From Candidatus Bathyarchaeota archaeon (GTDB lineage Archaea; Thermoproteota; Bathyarchaeia; 40CM-2-53-6): a stretch of 64,000 bases of DNA. Where the stretch lies: NCBI GenBank assembly GCA_963706285.1, contig CAVPLU010000009.1:64001-128000 (forward strand). Reading direction: 5' to 3'. This document shows, one piece after another, positions 20,630-30,303 of this stretch (position 1 is the stretch's first letter; every line of letters starts with the position of its first letter). The notes below the pieces were generated by a model. The model was not told the DNA's origin and did no database searches. It worked only from the letters and a program-made list of their open reading frames with translations. The position numbers and the translations under genes are program-made.

Positions 20630-20681
20630 GCTCTCTAGGCGTACTTCTCACGCCTTTCAAGAGAGCCCGAATCTTCTTTTT
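20630..20681 (+). terminator. Hairpin plus T-tract after the repeat gene
   Basis: GCTCTC-AGGCGT...ACGCCT-GAGAGC followed by TCTTCTTTTT. Confidence 0.6.
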
Positions 20682-21103
20682 CCCAAAACTTAGCAACCTA
20701 CCATGGCAACTCATGCTCTACTCTTGTCGCAATACATGTGAAGGGGGCTCCCGGAACACGGAGAAACAAGCCGAAATTGGCAACGGTGCATGGAACCATT
20801 CGTTTTCAGCCGCTTTTTGCACGCCCCTCAAGAAACCGAATAGGATTACGGGATAGTAAGAGGAAAGCAGCCCTTGCATTAGGGGTCGAGATTCGATATC
20901 AGCCTTATAGGCACACGAAGTCCAGACAAGCGACGAGAAAGCTTCTGTCAGCTGTTTAGGTTCCGCTTCGTCCCGAAGGATGACTGCCACAGCTTGCGTC
21001 AATGCACGAATCGCAATCGCCGCACCATTTCACTGGCAAATGTGAATAGCCTTATTCCCGCATATTCAACCCCAGAAGCCCTGATCTAATTGGGCGTATT
21101 GGA

Positions 21104-22250
21104 TTGATAGCTGGAATTGAGTCACGCAGATTGAAGAACCGTTGGACAGTAGGGTTCTTCAGGCCTTCTGTTGTCGTGCTAGCCGCATACATCATCTACG
21201 TGGAGTTTGTACTGTCTCTCCATCAGTACGACCCAACGGTATTCATTCAAATAGGCACCATATTCGCTGATCGGGCAAGTTCCGTCGCGAGATTGGTACA
21301 CGACATTGGTTTTGGGCCTCCTTTTTGGAAAGCCGGATTTGACGGCCAGTTCTACTACTACATTGCGCTGGATCCGGTAAATGCTTGGGAGTTGCTTGAT
21401 ACCACCGCAAGATATCAGCGCATTTTGTACCCGATAATTGTTCGTTCGCTCTCCTTCGGATATTTGCCTTCTATACCGTTTCTGATGATCATCGTGAATT
21501 TGGCATCCATTTTTGCTGGAACCGAGTTTCTTGCCCGCTTGTTGAAGTGGTTCCACCTTAACTCGTGGTACTCGCTCGGCTATGGTTTCCACATTGGGCA
21601 GCTAGTGTGTCTGAGAAAAGATCTGCCTGAGCCCCTTATGTACGCGTTTGTGATAGCGGCCATCTACTTACGCAGAGGCCAAGGGAAGTTCTCGCCTTGC
21701 GGGAATAATGTTCCTTTTGGCGCTCTTCACGAAGGAGCCTGCCATCCTATTCATAGTAGCCTATGTCTTCGGACTTCTACTGAGTTCAAGAAGGAGGTCT
21801 CTGCGTGACGCTGCGCTTTTGGTTTCCATATCTGTTTTGCCATATGCAACCTACCAGCTCATGCTACTCTATCGTTTCGGTCAAGTTGCATTCTTAGGTG
21901 TGGGAAACCTGCAGACTTTGAGTATGATTCCATTCTATGGCGTTTTCCAAGTACCTCGGACTCCATTCGAACTCGCCTCAATTGCAGTTTCCATAGTGAT
22001 ACCAGTCACGTTGTCGCTTGCTATCTTCTTCCGCAGTGTTGTCAGAGGAAACGTCGAGCCTTTGCTTGTAGCACTATTACTGAACGCTCTCTTTCTGGCG
22101 TTCCTGCCGCCCCTGTCCTATGTCGATGTATTTACCTACGGCAGGGTCTCGCTGGGTCTTGCGACTGCGTGGATAGCACACGCAGGTTTCTCACAGAATA
22201 GGCGAATGCTTGACTTACTCGATCTTGTGGGCTATCCCCCTCCAATTTAA
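21104..22250 (+). CDS. Polytopic membrane protein, AZOBR_p60025-like / GT-C-like surface glycopolymer protein (frameshift near 21680)
   Basis: GFDGQFYYYIALDP, RYQRILYP, DLPEPL, LFTKE motifs; many TM helices. Confidence 0.75.
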
Positions 22251-22286
22251 CCACTTGCCTGAATGACTGAAGATCATGCGAACTAG

Positions 22287-22420
22287 CTAACGAAAGCGTT
22301 CACTGCGAAGATTTCTCTTCGCCGAATGGGTGTCCCTGACGATGTTGGGAAAGTCGCCGCGTTAGTAGGCTCTTCTGAGTCGGAATTTATGGCAGGAGAA
22401 CCGGTGATCCTTGATGATGT
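22287..22420 (+). pseudogene. C-terminal remnant of an SDR oxidoreductase
   Basis: KISLRRMGVPDDVGKVAALVGSSESEFMAGEPVILDD resembles the SDR tail; in-frame stop just upstream. Confidence 0.6.
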
Positions 22421-22486
22421 TGCCTCGATCATCTTCTGTGAAAGCGGTGGTGTCGCCTTTTGGTCTTCAGCTTTCATCTAGTTTAC

Positions 22487-22804
22487 TTAGATGAATCTTA
22501 ACAGTAAGCCGACTATGCCGCCTAGGAGTACGAGTAGGCCACCTAGGCCGCCTGCGATCACTCCTACGACTATGAGAATAATGTCCCAAGTGAGGTCGGT
22601 AGCACGTCTGGCGCCCATGATGGCGATAATGCCGAGGATTATTTCGATGATCCCCCAGAAGGATCCGCCGATGGGTCCGACTATCGATGGCACGAACATC
22701 AAAAAGGCCATTCCCAAGAAGCTTAGGATACCCTGGATTACTAGGATTATTCCGCCAATCAATGCGAGAATGTACGCAAGCTGTCCCAAGGAGCCTGTAC
22801 GCAT
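22487..22804 (-). CDS. Small Gly/Ile-rich membrane protein
   Basis: About four hydrophobic segments. Confidence 0.75.
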   Translation of the reverse strand: MRTGSLGQLAYILALIGGIILVIQGILSFLGMAFLMFVPSIVGPIGGSFWGIIEIILGIIAIMGARRATDLTWDIILIVVGVIAGGLGGLLVLLGGIVGLLLRFI

Positions 22805-22843
22805 CTGCAATCAACTCAAGAGGTTGCATAGTTGAATTGCGTT

Positions 22844-22863
22844 TATAAGGTTATGTGCTTATA
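22844..22863. promoter_or_regulatory. TATA-overlapping inverted repeat TATAAG-N8-CTTATA upstream of RHH gene 1
   Basis: Seen directly; similar site at 23434-23453. Confidence 0.6.
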
Positions 22864-22896
22864 TCGTTAAGACTGGAATATGGCGTCTGTTAGGGA

Positions 22897-23133
22897 ATGT
22901 TAACTTTGGGTAAGATGTACATAGTTCTTTCTGACGAAACGGAACGTAGACTCCGACTGGCTGTTGTCACAATTTTCGGCGGAAAGAAGGGCGATTTAAG
23001 CAGTGCCATCGAGGTGGCTATCAAAGAATGGCTGGATAAACATGCGACAGAAGCCGATATTACCAAATGGGTGCGAGGCCAGTTGCACGAAAGAGGTCCA
23101 GGGAGACCCCGTGCTTCGAAACGATCCCTCTGA
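22897..23133 (+). CDS. Ribbon-helix-helix (CopG-like) regulator 1
   Basis: MYIVLSDETERRLR...GGKKGDLSSAIEVAIKEWL. Confidence 0.8.
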   Translation: MLTLGKMYIVLSDETERRLRLAVVTIFGGKKGDLSSAIEVAIKEWLDKHATEADITKWVRGQLHERGPGRPRASKRSL

Positions 23134-23433
23134 ATCATATGCGCCCAATATCGAGCACTTTCACACTCTGGCATACCCTAATTCATTCTATCACTTGAAG
23201 GCACAAATCCCCTCTTCTCCAGGCATTTCTGGACCATAGTATCTCTGCATGAGTATTGCGGGAATCGCCTGCAAGCGCGTAGAAGCTTAAGTTCTAACTA
23301 CGAATCAACCAAAGAACGAATACAATGAGCATGATCCCAAAAAGACCGATTTGTACACGCATTCTAGACCTGCCTCCAAGGCCGACTGAAACTCAGTCGT
23401 GGTTATACCACTAAATCGTTATAACGTTAAATA

Positions 23434-23453
23434 TATAAGTTTATATGCTTCTA
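23434..23453. promoter_or_regulatory. TATAAG-N8-CTTCTA upstream of RHH gene 2
   Basis: tataagtttatatgcttcta versus tataaggttatgtgcttata. Confidence 0.6.
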
Positions 23454-23482
23454 TGCGCATATAGGGTGTGGCCAGATAATCT

Positions 23483-23647
23483 TTGGGAAGAATCTACGTA
23501 GTGCTCTCCGATGATGTCGAGCGCCGACTGCGATTATCAATTGTGAGGAGGCTCGGAGGTAAGAAAGGAGACCTCAGTTGCGCGATCGAGGAAGCTGTCA
23601 ACGACTGGCTAGGTAAGGCTTGGTTGAAGCCTGGAGATCGGATGTAA
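23483..23647 (+). CDS. Ribbon-helix-helix regulator 2 (paralog, 54 aa, absent from the ORF track)
   Basis: Read manually: (M)GRIYVVLSDDVERRLRLSIVRRLGGKKGDLSCAIEEAVNDWLGKAWLKPGDRM. Confidence 0.85.
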   Translation: MGRIYVVLSDDVERRLRLSIVRRLGGKKGDLSCAIEEAVNDWLGKAWLKPGDRM

Positions 23648-23668
23648 GAAGGGGAGGTGGAAAGAAAA

Positions 23669-23835
23669 ATGGGTCATGTAACTATTGGAGGTACTTACTA
23701 CAATCACTTATCGGACTATCTGTTCCCTACGTCGTCGGTTATCCATCATGCGACAATCCAACGTACGGTTACAGCTATGGTTCGTATAGTTATCCATACA
23801 CCTACGGTTCGTACGGATATCCGTACTATTGGTGA
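23669..23835 (+). CDS. ~55-aa Tyr/Gly/Ser-rich peptide (one probable homopolymer deletion near 23726)
   Basis: GGAGGTG SD; MGHVTIGGTYYNHLSDYLF then shifted PYVVGYPSCDNPTYGYSYGSYSYPYTYGSYGYPYYW*. Confidence 0.7.
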
Positions 23836-23860
23836 TTAGAGCATCGTAACTAAACCGACT

Positions 23861-23897
23861 AGGTCGAGCACGATAAATGCTCGACCTCTTTTTTCTC
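23861..23897 (+). terminator. Perfect 10-bp hairpin plus T-tract
   Basis: AGGTCGAGCA-cgataaa-TGCTCGACCT-CTTTTTTCTC. Confidence 0.75.
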
Positions 23898-24152
23898 ATT
23901 CAATTGCAAGCGTTGAAAACACAGGCTGTCAGCTCAAAAGCAGCATAAGAGTCATAGATATCGCATCAAAAACGATACGGACCCAATAGGCTATGGGGAA
24001 GTGGAGGTTGTGACTCCAAGGAACAAAGGCGGATGGAGAAGGCGGAGACCGCTCAGGTGACTTCGGCATGGATAGTATTATAGGTGTGAGTAAGCTTACA
24101 TATGCTTAAGCTGGCATAGCCGATGATTCGAATAGGGAATAGGGCGCGTATA

Positions 24153-24731
24153 ATGAAACGAATCACAGCCGTTCTTCTCTTGGTCCTAGGTTTGGCAGCG
24201 TTTTCCCTGATGGCCACGCCATCAAATGCATCGATGGCCATGATCCGGGGTACTGTGTACTGGTATGACATGTACGGAAATCTCCGCCCACTTCCGTGGG
24301 CGCAAGTGGTCGCTGAAGGCAGTTCGGGAGAGCCCGCCACCGCTTCTACGACTACTGACGGTACCTACATGATGTGGGTGGCACCAGGGTCGTACAACTT
24401 GACCGTCTCCGTTGACCCTGCGTATACGCCCGAAAGCAAGACGGTCACGGTGACTGAAGGAGGCATGGCGTCGGCTGACTTCCAGCTTCAACCCTCTGGC
24501 AAGCCTATCCCAGAGTATCCATCCATGGCGCAGCCGGTAATGCTGTTGATCGCTGCCCTCGCCACGGCAGTCCTGATCCGCCGACGCAATCATGTCCGCT
24601 CGCAAGCTGACGAACATTCGCTTGGTTCTCCACAGCCCCGCGCAATCGTGGGCCGTGACTGGCCCGTGGATCCGACACTGCTACTGCAAACTGCACAACG
24701 TGGGAATACGATCTGCAGTCCGTTACAATGA
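24153..24731 (+). CDS. Secreted carboxypeptidase-regulatory-like (Ig-like) domain protein with PEF-CTERM-like sorting signal
   Basis: Signal peptide; IRGTV...TTTDGTY..VAPGSYNLTVS; PIPEYP plus TM plus RRR; tail after RRR may be read-through. Confidence 0.75.
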   Translation: MKRITAVLLLVLGLAAFSLMATPSNASMAMIRGTVYWYDMYGNLRPLPWAQVVAEGSSGEPATASTTTDGTYMMWVAPGSYNLTVSVDPAYTPESKTVTVTEGGMASADFQLQPSGKPIPEYPSMAQPVMLLIAALATAVLIRRRNHVRSQADEHSLGSPQPRAIVGRDWPVDPTLLLQTAQRGNTICSPLQ

Positions 24732-24743
24732 GGTTGAGAGAAC

Positions 24744-26087
24744 TTGGCTCGACGTTCTGTGGTTATTTTGACCGAACTCGCGCTGATCTTCATGATACTG
24801 CTGGTCGTCTATCCTAACGGAGCTGTCGCATCCGGAGCCCCTGCTAGTGAGCCGGCTGCCCTGAGCCTATCCGGTAGCGTTTCTGCAGGTTCTGCGATGC
24901 AGTATCCCTACCACTACTATTACAATTATCCTTACTACCCATACAACTACACGTACTACTACTCGTACTACTCTTACCCTTACTACTACCCCTACGCCTA
25001 CGACTCCTCATACTGCTACACGTACTACTATGACTACTACGGTTACAACTACGACTACTATCCCTACTTCTATTATGGGGCATACGGCTACCCCTACAAT
25101 TATCCGCAGTCCTGCTACCCGACGACAACAACCACCAGTACTCCCCCAGCAACCCCAACTTACGCACTTCAAGTGGCAACCAACCCCTCAAGTATCACTA
25201 GCGTGAGTGGAAACGGAACATACAATCAAGGAACCGCAGTGTCGTTCAGTGTTGCTTCGCTCATTATACCGAAGACCGCAAGCCAACGGTATGTCTTCAC
25301 AGGCTGGAGTGGAGACTTCTCAGGAAGTTCACCTAGCGGAACATTAACGATGACATCAGCAAAGAGCGTGGTCGCAAATTACCAGCTCCAGAACTACCTC
25401 AAGGTCTCCGTGGACCCTCAAGGAATCACAACCGCAGCTGGCGAAGGCTGGTACGTTCCGACTGACTCAGTCACCGCAGGTCCGGTCCCCTCATCCATCC
25501 CAGGAGGAGATGGAACTCGATACGTCTTCCAGCAATGGACGGTTGATAACGCTCCCGTCTCAGGAAACCCAGTGCAAGTCACTATGAGTAGCCCTCATGC
25601 AGTGGTTGCCCACTACAAGACGCAGTACATGCTCACAGTATTGTCCGACTATGGAATTGCTCAAGGAACAGGATGGTATGATGCGGGAACCTCGGCACCA
25701 TTCTCAGTTACAACACAGGTCGATGTGAGCTACGGCGTAAAGCAAGTCTTCGATAGATGGACAGGGGACACACAATCAACTTCCGCAGCCGCCGCAATCA
25801 CAATGGATTCGCCTCACACTGTCAGAGCCATTTGGAGAACGGACAGCACAGTCCTTTACACTACGATAGCGGTGGGCATCGCCGCAGCATTTGTGCTGGG
25901 CATAGGGCTGGCGATATTTGGGTTCATGAGAATGCGCGGAACGAAGTCTGCCCCAACAGCTCAGCCCACCACTCCGGTCACAACAGCTCAACCAGCTCCA
26001 GAAAAACTGAAGGCAACACCAACAAAGAAGAAAACTAAAGAAGTGTCAACAGGAACCGAGGGGAAAGCCCCCTCTTCTGAAGTCTAG
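24744..26087 (+). CDS. Surface protein: signal peptide, Tyr-rich domain, three InlB-B-repeat-like stalk domains, TM anchor
   Basis: YPYHYYYNYPYYPYNYTYYYSYY...; repeated RYVFxxWsGD / GxGWY motifs; C-terminal TM and Lys-rich tail. Confidence 0.85.
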   Translation: MARRSVVILTELALIFMILLVVYPNGAVASGAPASEPAALSLSGSVSAGSAMQYPYHYYYNYPYYPYNYTYYYSYYSYPYYYPYAYDSSYCYTYYYDYYGYNYDYYPYFYYGAYGYPYNYPQSCYPTTTTTSTPPATPTYALQVATNPSSITSVSGNGTYNQGTAVSFSVASLIIPKTASQRYVFTGWSGDFSGSSPSGTLTMTSAKSVVANYQLQNYLKVSVDPQGITTAAGEGWYVPTDSVTAGPVPSSIPGGDGTRYVFQQWTVDNAPVSGNPVQVTMSSPHAVVAHYKTQYMLTVLSDYGIAQGTGWYDAGTSAPFSVTTQVDVSYGVKQVFDRWTGDTQSTSAAAAITMDSPHTVRAIWRTDSTVLYTTIAVGIAAAFVLGIGLAIFGFMRMRGTKSAPTAQPTTPVTTAQPAPEKLKATPTKKKTKEVSTGTEGKAPSSEV

Positions 26088-26160
26088 ACAAATCTGACCC
26101 GTAGGTTACCAGGCATCAGCTTGGACTATGATGCCTCGGTGTCTGACCAAGTCTCGGGGA

Positions 26161-26545
26161 TTACTTGCTGGCTTCTATCCAGCCTCGTTGACCCGTCGTC
26201 TTCACGTAGAGGTCGTATGCAAAGAATGCGCTAATGGCAAATTGGATAATGCCTGCAAAGAACCAAGCAAACGTCCAAATGAGAACTTCAACTACGATAA
26301 CAATTATGAACAATAGCACCGGTGGGACAGTCACAACCTTCTGATATCCCCAGTACCAGTAACCGATACCTGGAAAGAAGAAGTTCAAGATCGCTGCAAT
26401 CACAGCATTCTTTTCCCCACTCGGAGGTGGAACATTAAGAGGCTGCACAGACGAAGGTTGAGCAGACTTACCCAACTGGGCTCCCACAACTCACGCAAAA
26501 CGTTGCATTATCCTCATTCTTGCCGCCACATTTAGGACAGAACAT
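26161..26545 (-). CDS. Zinc-ribbon plus membrane (TM2-like) protein (frameshift near 26485)
   Basis: MFCPKCGGKNEDNATFCVSCG then KNAVIAAILNFFFPGIGYWYWG. Confidence 0.75.
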
Positions 26546-26816
26546 AAGACATTCAATATCATAAAGGTCGAATACTGATATTTAAGACCAAACTCTGAAA
26601 ACAGCATAGCCTAAGGTAGACGTGAAACTAATTCGCAGAGTATTTCTTCTTGAATGTCTATGTGGGCACGGTAATCCCATCAACGTTCGCAGGCGTAGCT
26701 CTTGCCAATCACTTGCAGTCGAAAGCCATCAAATCAGTGCCAGACGATATTCGTGAGAACAAGAAGTCTGAACTGCATTTCTGCTCTGATGACGTGCGCT
26801 CCAAAGGTCGCGGGCA

Positions 26817-27341
26817 CTAAGTAACTGTGCTGGCGCGCAATCTGGACATGATCAAATCTGCGACCTTGTCCGGGTTCGGGACGTCGACCATTTCTGCATT
26901 CAAGTTCTCACCAGGCTGCGTCCCGCGAACCAAGCCGTAACCGCTCTTTGTTACAGGAGCAACATTCCCATACCTCGCCAATCGACCCACAAGACTCTGC
27001 GAAACCTGCACGTCACTAATAGACGAGAACGGAATACGCCGAACACTACGCCCCAACAACTGCCTCTGTACAACAACATCAGAATCAGTAATCAGATATG
27101 TGAAAGCGTTCCTACGAATAGCACCAACCAACATACCCAAGATCCCCAAGCCAACCAATCCCAACGCCGCATACCTGAGGAGAGAATCAGCGGATGAAAG
27201 CGGAAACTCAAAAATGAAGCTCACACCGAAAACCACGATACCCAACAATACAACGAGAAAACCCTTCCAAGCGAACGGCACAAGACTCGGCTTGATTCTG
27301 ATGCCTTGTTTCGCTTGAGCCGACAAAACTTTTCGTTTCAA
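26817..27341 (-). CDS. Bacterial PH-domain (bPH_2) membrane protein
   Basis: Two TM helices then YLITD...IPFSSISDVQVSQSLVGRL..YGNV. Confidence 0.8.
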   Translation of the reverse strand: MKRKVLSAQAKQGIRIKPSLVPFAWKGFLVVLLGIVVFGVSFIFEFPLSSADSLLRYAALGLVGLGILGMLVGAIRRNAFTYLITDSDVVVQRQLLGRSVRRIPFSSISDVQVSQSLVGRLARYGNVAPVTKSGYGLVRGTQPGENLNAEMVDVPNPDKVADLIMSRLRASTVT

Positions 27342-27619
27342 AGAATCATGAAATTGCTCGGATAAGGTTTTCTATTCTCAATTGAGTTGAAGTTCAGCCG
27401 GGTCCCACCTACGAGAACAGGACCACAGCTACGACACGATTTCCGAGACGTACATTCCGTTCGGAGTCTTCAATTCGTAGTGGACTGTTTTCGCAAGTAC
27501 CACGTCAGAGCACGTCAAAAATCCGACTGCCACGTTCCCCACTCAAAACCGTTCTTACTATATCTCTGACTCTCTTGGTGCACACAACACTCTTGGCATT
27601 GTGTGGCGAAAGAGTCTCT

Positions 27620-28051
27620 TCAGACGAAACCAGTCGCCAATATAGCAAGCGCAGCCAGTGCTCCGATAACCATGCCTACCGCCACTTCAGTTGGCGTGTG
27701 GCCTAGCGAATAATGCACGGGCGGCGTTCTGACATGCGCCAGACGTATGATGCTGTTTATTGTCTTTCCCTCCTCGCCAGCTGTGCGACGCACGCCCAAC
27801 GAATCCCGTATAACAACGACCGCAAGAACGACGGCCACGACGAATATCGAGTTCCGCCACCCTTCTGTCCAAAGGATAGAGAGGCAAAGCGCAGTGACAG
27901 TTGCCGAATGGGCGCTCGGCATACCGCCCGTCACCACAATGTCCTCAAGTGACAGACGTTGGCGATGACTCAATCTGATGAGTGACAGTTTCAGACCCTG
28001 CGCAACCGTCAGCGCGAGCACAACTGAACCAAACACCCCAGGAACGTCCAT
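27620..28051 (-). CDS. Divergent PAP2 family protein (DUF212)
   Basis: AQGLK, TGGMPSAHSATV, DSLGVRR, GHTPTEV. Confidence 0.9.
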   Translation of the reverse strand: MDVPGVFGSVVLALTVAQGLKLSLIRLSHRQRLSLEDIVVTGGMPSAHSATVTALCLSILWTEGWRNSIFVVAVVLAVVVIRDSLGVRRTAGEEGKTINSIIRLAHVRTPPVHYSLGHTPTEVAVGMVIGALAALAILATGFV

Positions 28052-28374
28052 GGCTTGTCGAAGAGGTTTTAGAGCAAAAGGGTTTGTAAGTCATTCGTCC
28101 CAAAGCCTGTCGTGTCGTCGCTCAGGCTCTTCTTTGCTTGCGGACCACAAGACGCGCCCTTCGGAAATCAATCATTGATTGGTTGAGAACGCGGAGGGAA
28201 AGAAAGTCTCAACGACTACTCTTTCTTTCTCTCTGTCTTTCTTCTCTCAGATTTCCACGTTGTTGCTTTCTCTATCTGGCGTCGCCCCTGTGTTGCTTTT
28301 CTGCCCTTCTGCGTCTCTCTTCGTAGTTTTTTCAATCTCCTTGTTCTCATTGACATGGCAGAACCTCGTCTCCC

Positions 28375-28674
28375 TTACTTGAGGTCCCGGCGCCTCTGCC
28401 AAGAGTCGACCTGGTCTCTTGTGGGCTCATCTTCGTCGTTGTTTCCATTCTCTTCGTTGTCTCCGGCGTCTTGATCGGGTTCATGTTCTCCTTTCTTACG
28501 TCCGTGTATCTCGTATCCGCACCGAGAGCATTTGTAGTAGTTCTCGTAGTGGCTGAATTGCTTGTCTGTCTTTTCTCCAGCCTTGAAGTAGGGTCGGGCA
28601 AAAGCGAGCATGAGACCTTCGCCGCATTTGGGACAAGGAATGGGACCTGTCATCTCTATCTTGTGTTCGGACAT
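28375..28674 (-). CDS. Zinc-ribbon protein with acidic tail
   Basis: CPKCG...CSRCG. Confidence 0.7.
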   Translation of the reverse strand: MSEHKIEMTGPIPCPKCGEGLMLAFARPYFKAGEKTDKQFSHYENYYKCSRCGYEIHGRKKGEHEPDQDAGDNEENGNNDEDEPTRDQVDSWQRRRDLK

Positions 28675-28962
28675 GACCCTACACTCTACGCGATAGTTCT
28701 AGTTCAGGACCTCGATATAATACGGTACGATTAGGCACGGTGCGCATCAGGTTCCAAGTGATACTTCCCGAGTCTGCGACAGAGCCACATGATCACAAGC
28801 CTCGTCTTCGTTCTCTTTTCGTGTATGTGGCATCAAGGGAACCCAACGACGTTCATTGTGCCGCCAATCGCTGTCAATCAGGGGTTCAGGGACTTCTCGC
28901 TTGCTCCGCAAAGCGTATTCATATAGGCTTCCTTCATAAGGTGCACCTCAAGTATCACTCAG

Positions 28963-29532
28963 GTGCACCCTCTGGCTAAACACGAATCGTACATCCATAT
29001 AGAGAACGTCGTCGCGTCAGCCACACTGAACCAGAAGATTGACCTCAACTCGATTGTTCGGCTTTTTCCTGGCGTCGAATATAGGCCTGAGCAGTTCCCC
29101 GGACTCGTATACCGGCTGAAGAAGCCGAAGACCGCGACGCTGATTTTCACCTCTGGGAAGATGGTTTGTACCGGAGCAAAGTCCGAGAGGCAATCAAGGA
29201 AGGCGGTCATGAAAGTTGTCGACGAACTCAAGAGGAACGGGATGATCATCCTTGGAAAGCCGGAAATCCAGATCCAGAACATTGTAGCCTCAGCGGGACT
29301 GGGAGGCCACATCGACTTAGAAAAGACAACGTACTCTCTGAAGAGGACGATGTACGAGCCCGAACAGTTCCCAGGTCTAATCTACAGAATGGACGACCCG
29401 AAAGTAGTCATACTGATCTTTGCGAGCGGAAAGCTAGTGTGTACAGGCGCCAAGAAAGAGGCGGAAGTACCTAGAGCAATCGCAAAATTGCAGGAAACTC
29501 TGGAAGAGAAGGGCCTCATAACCTACGAGTAG
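28963..29532 (+). CDS. tbp: TATA-binding protein
   Basis: Two repeats NVVAS/NIVAS, YxPEQFPGL, IFxSGKxVCTGAK. Confidence 0.98.
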   Translation: MHPLAKHESYIHIENVVASATLNQKIDLNSIVRLFPGVEYRPEQFPGLVYRLKKPKTATLIFTSGKMVCTGAKSERQSRKAVMKVVDELKRNGMIILGKPEIQIQNIVASAGLGGHIDLEKTTYSLKRTMYEPEQFPGLIYRMDDPKVVILIFASGKLVCTGAKKEAEVPRAIAKLQETLEEKGLITYE

Positions 29533-29651
29533 TCCCGAGCTCGGTCGGGCGAATTAACACTGCTGAGCTTGCCAGACATATGTAATGCTTCACGTTTGTC
29601 GCAAAAAAAGAACTGGGGGGCTCTGTTGTCCTGGGCGGTTTGCTGTTGTGT

Positions 29652-29975
29652 TTAGGTTGTTTTTGTTACTGTGATTTCGATGGTTGAGACGTTTCGTACT
29701 TGTCCTTCCTCGCCCAGCTGTTCGGTTCCGATATTGATTTTTTTGACGTGAAGTTTGCCTTCGAAGAATCGTCTTCTGCATACTTCTACGACGTCTACGG
29801 CTGCTGATATGGCTCTCCCTCTTGCTTTGATTGTTACGTCGCCGCTGCCGCTGGTGAATTGCATTAAGATGGCTGTAACGTAGGCCATGATGGGTTTTTG
29901 TCCGATGAAAATGGTGTTGGAGGGGATTCCACTCTGGCTAGGAGGGGTTGGTGGTACTTTTTGTTGTTCTGTCAT
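29652..29975 (-). CDS. albA: DNA/RNA-binding protein Alba
   Basis: IFIGQKPIMAYV, IKARGRAISAAVDV, VSTIEI. Confidence 0.95.
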   Translation of the reverse strand: MTEQQKVPPTPPSQSGIPSNTIFIGQKPIMAYVTAILMQFTSGSGDVTIKARGRAISAAVDVVEVCRRRFFEGKLHVKKINIGTEQLGEEGQVRNVSTIEITVTKTT

Positions 29976-30303
29976 GTTCTGTTCACCACTTTTTGCTTTT
30001 GTTACACATTGGATAGGACGCACGGTCCGAATCCACTGTATACATCCATGGATACCGTTGCCGTCCACTTAAGTATCCTAGGTTCGGTTGACACGCGCCA
30101 CACATATTCCGCGAATTCTCCCCTCTCAAGAGGCTGCCCTACGTACGCGTGAGGAAAGTGTACGTCCCCTAACAACCTAACAACAACGGCAAGTCTAATG
30201 TTGACTATAACCCGGGAAGGCGACCAACAGCAACCCGGTCAGACTCCGCTGAGAATGCTCCCGACATTGTGGCAGCTGTAGTTGGAGGTGAAACGAAGCG
30301 GCC

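Noticed and set aside
20202-20714. Antisense ORF with LGRRLI repeats, and the other antisense/overlapping ORFs in the track
   Set aside because: These are shadows of better-supported genes on the opposite strand or frame; the + strand gene has the SD and terminator.
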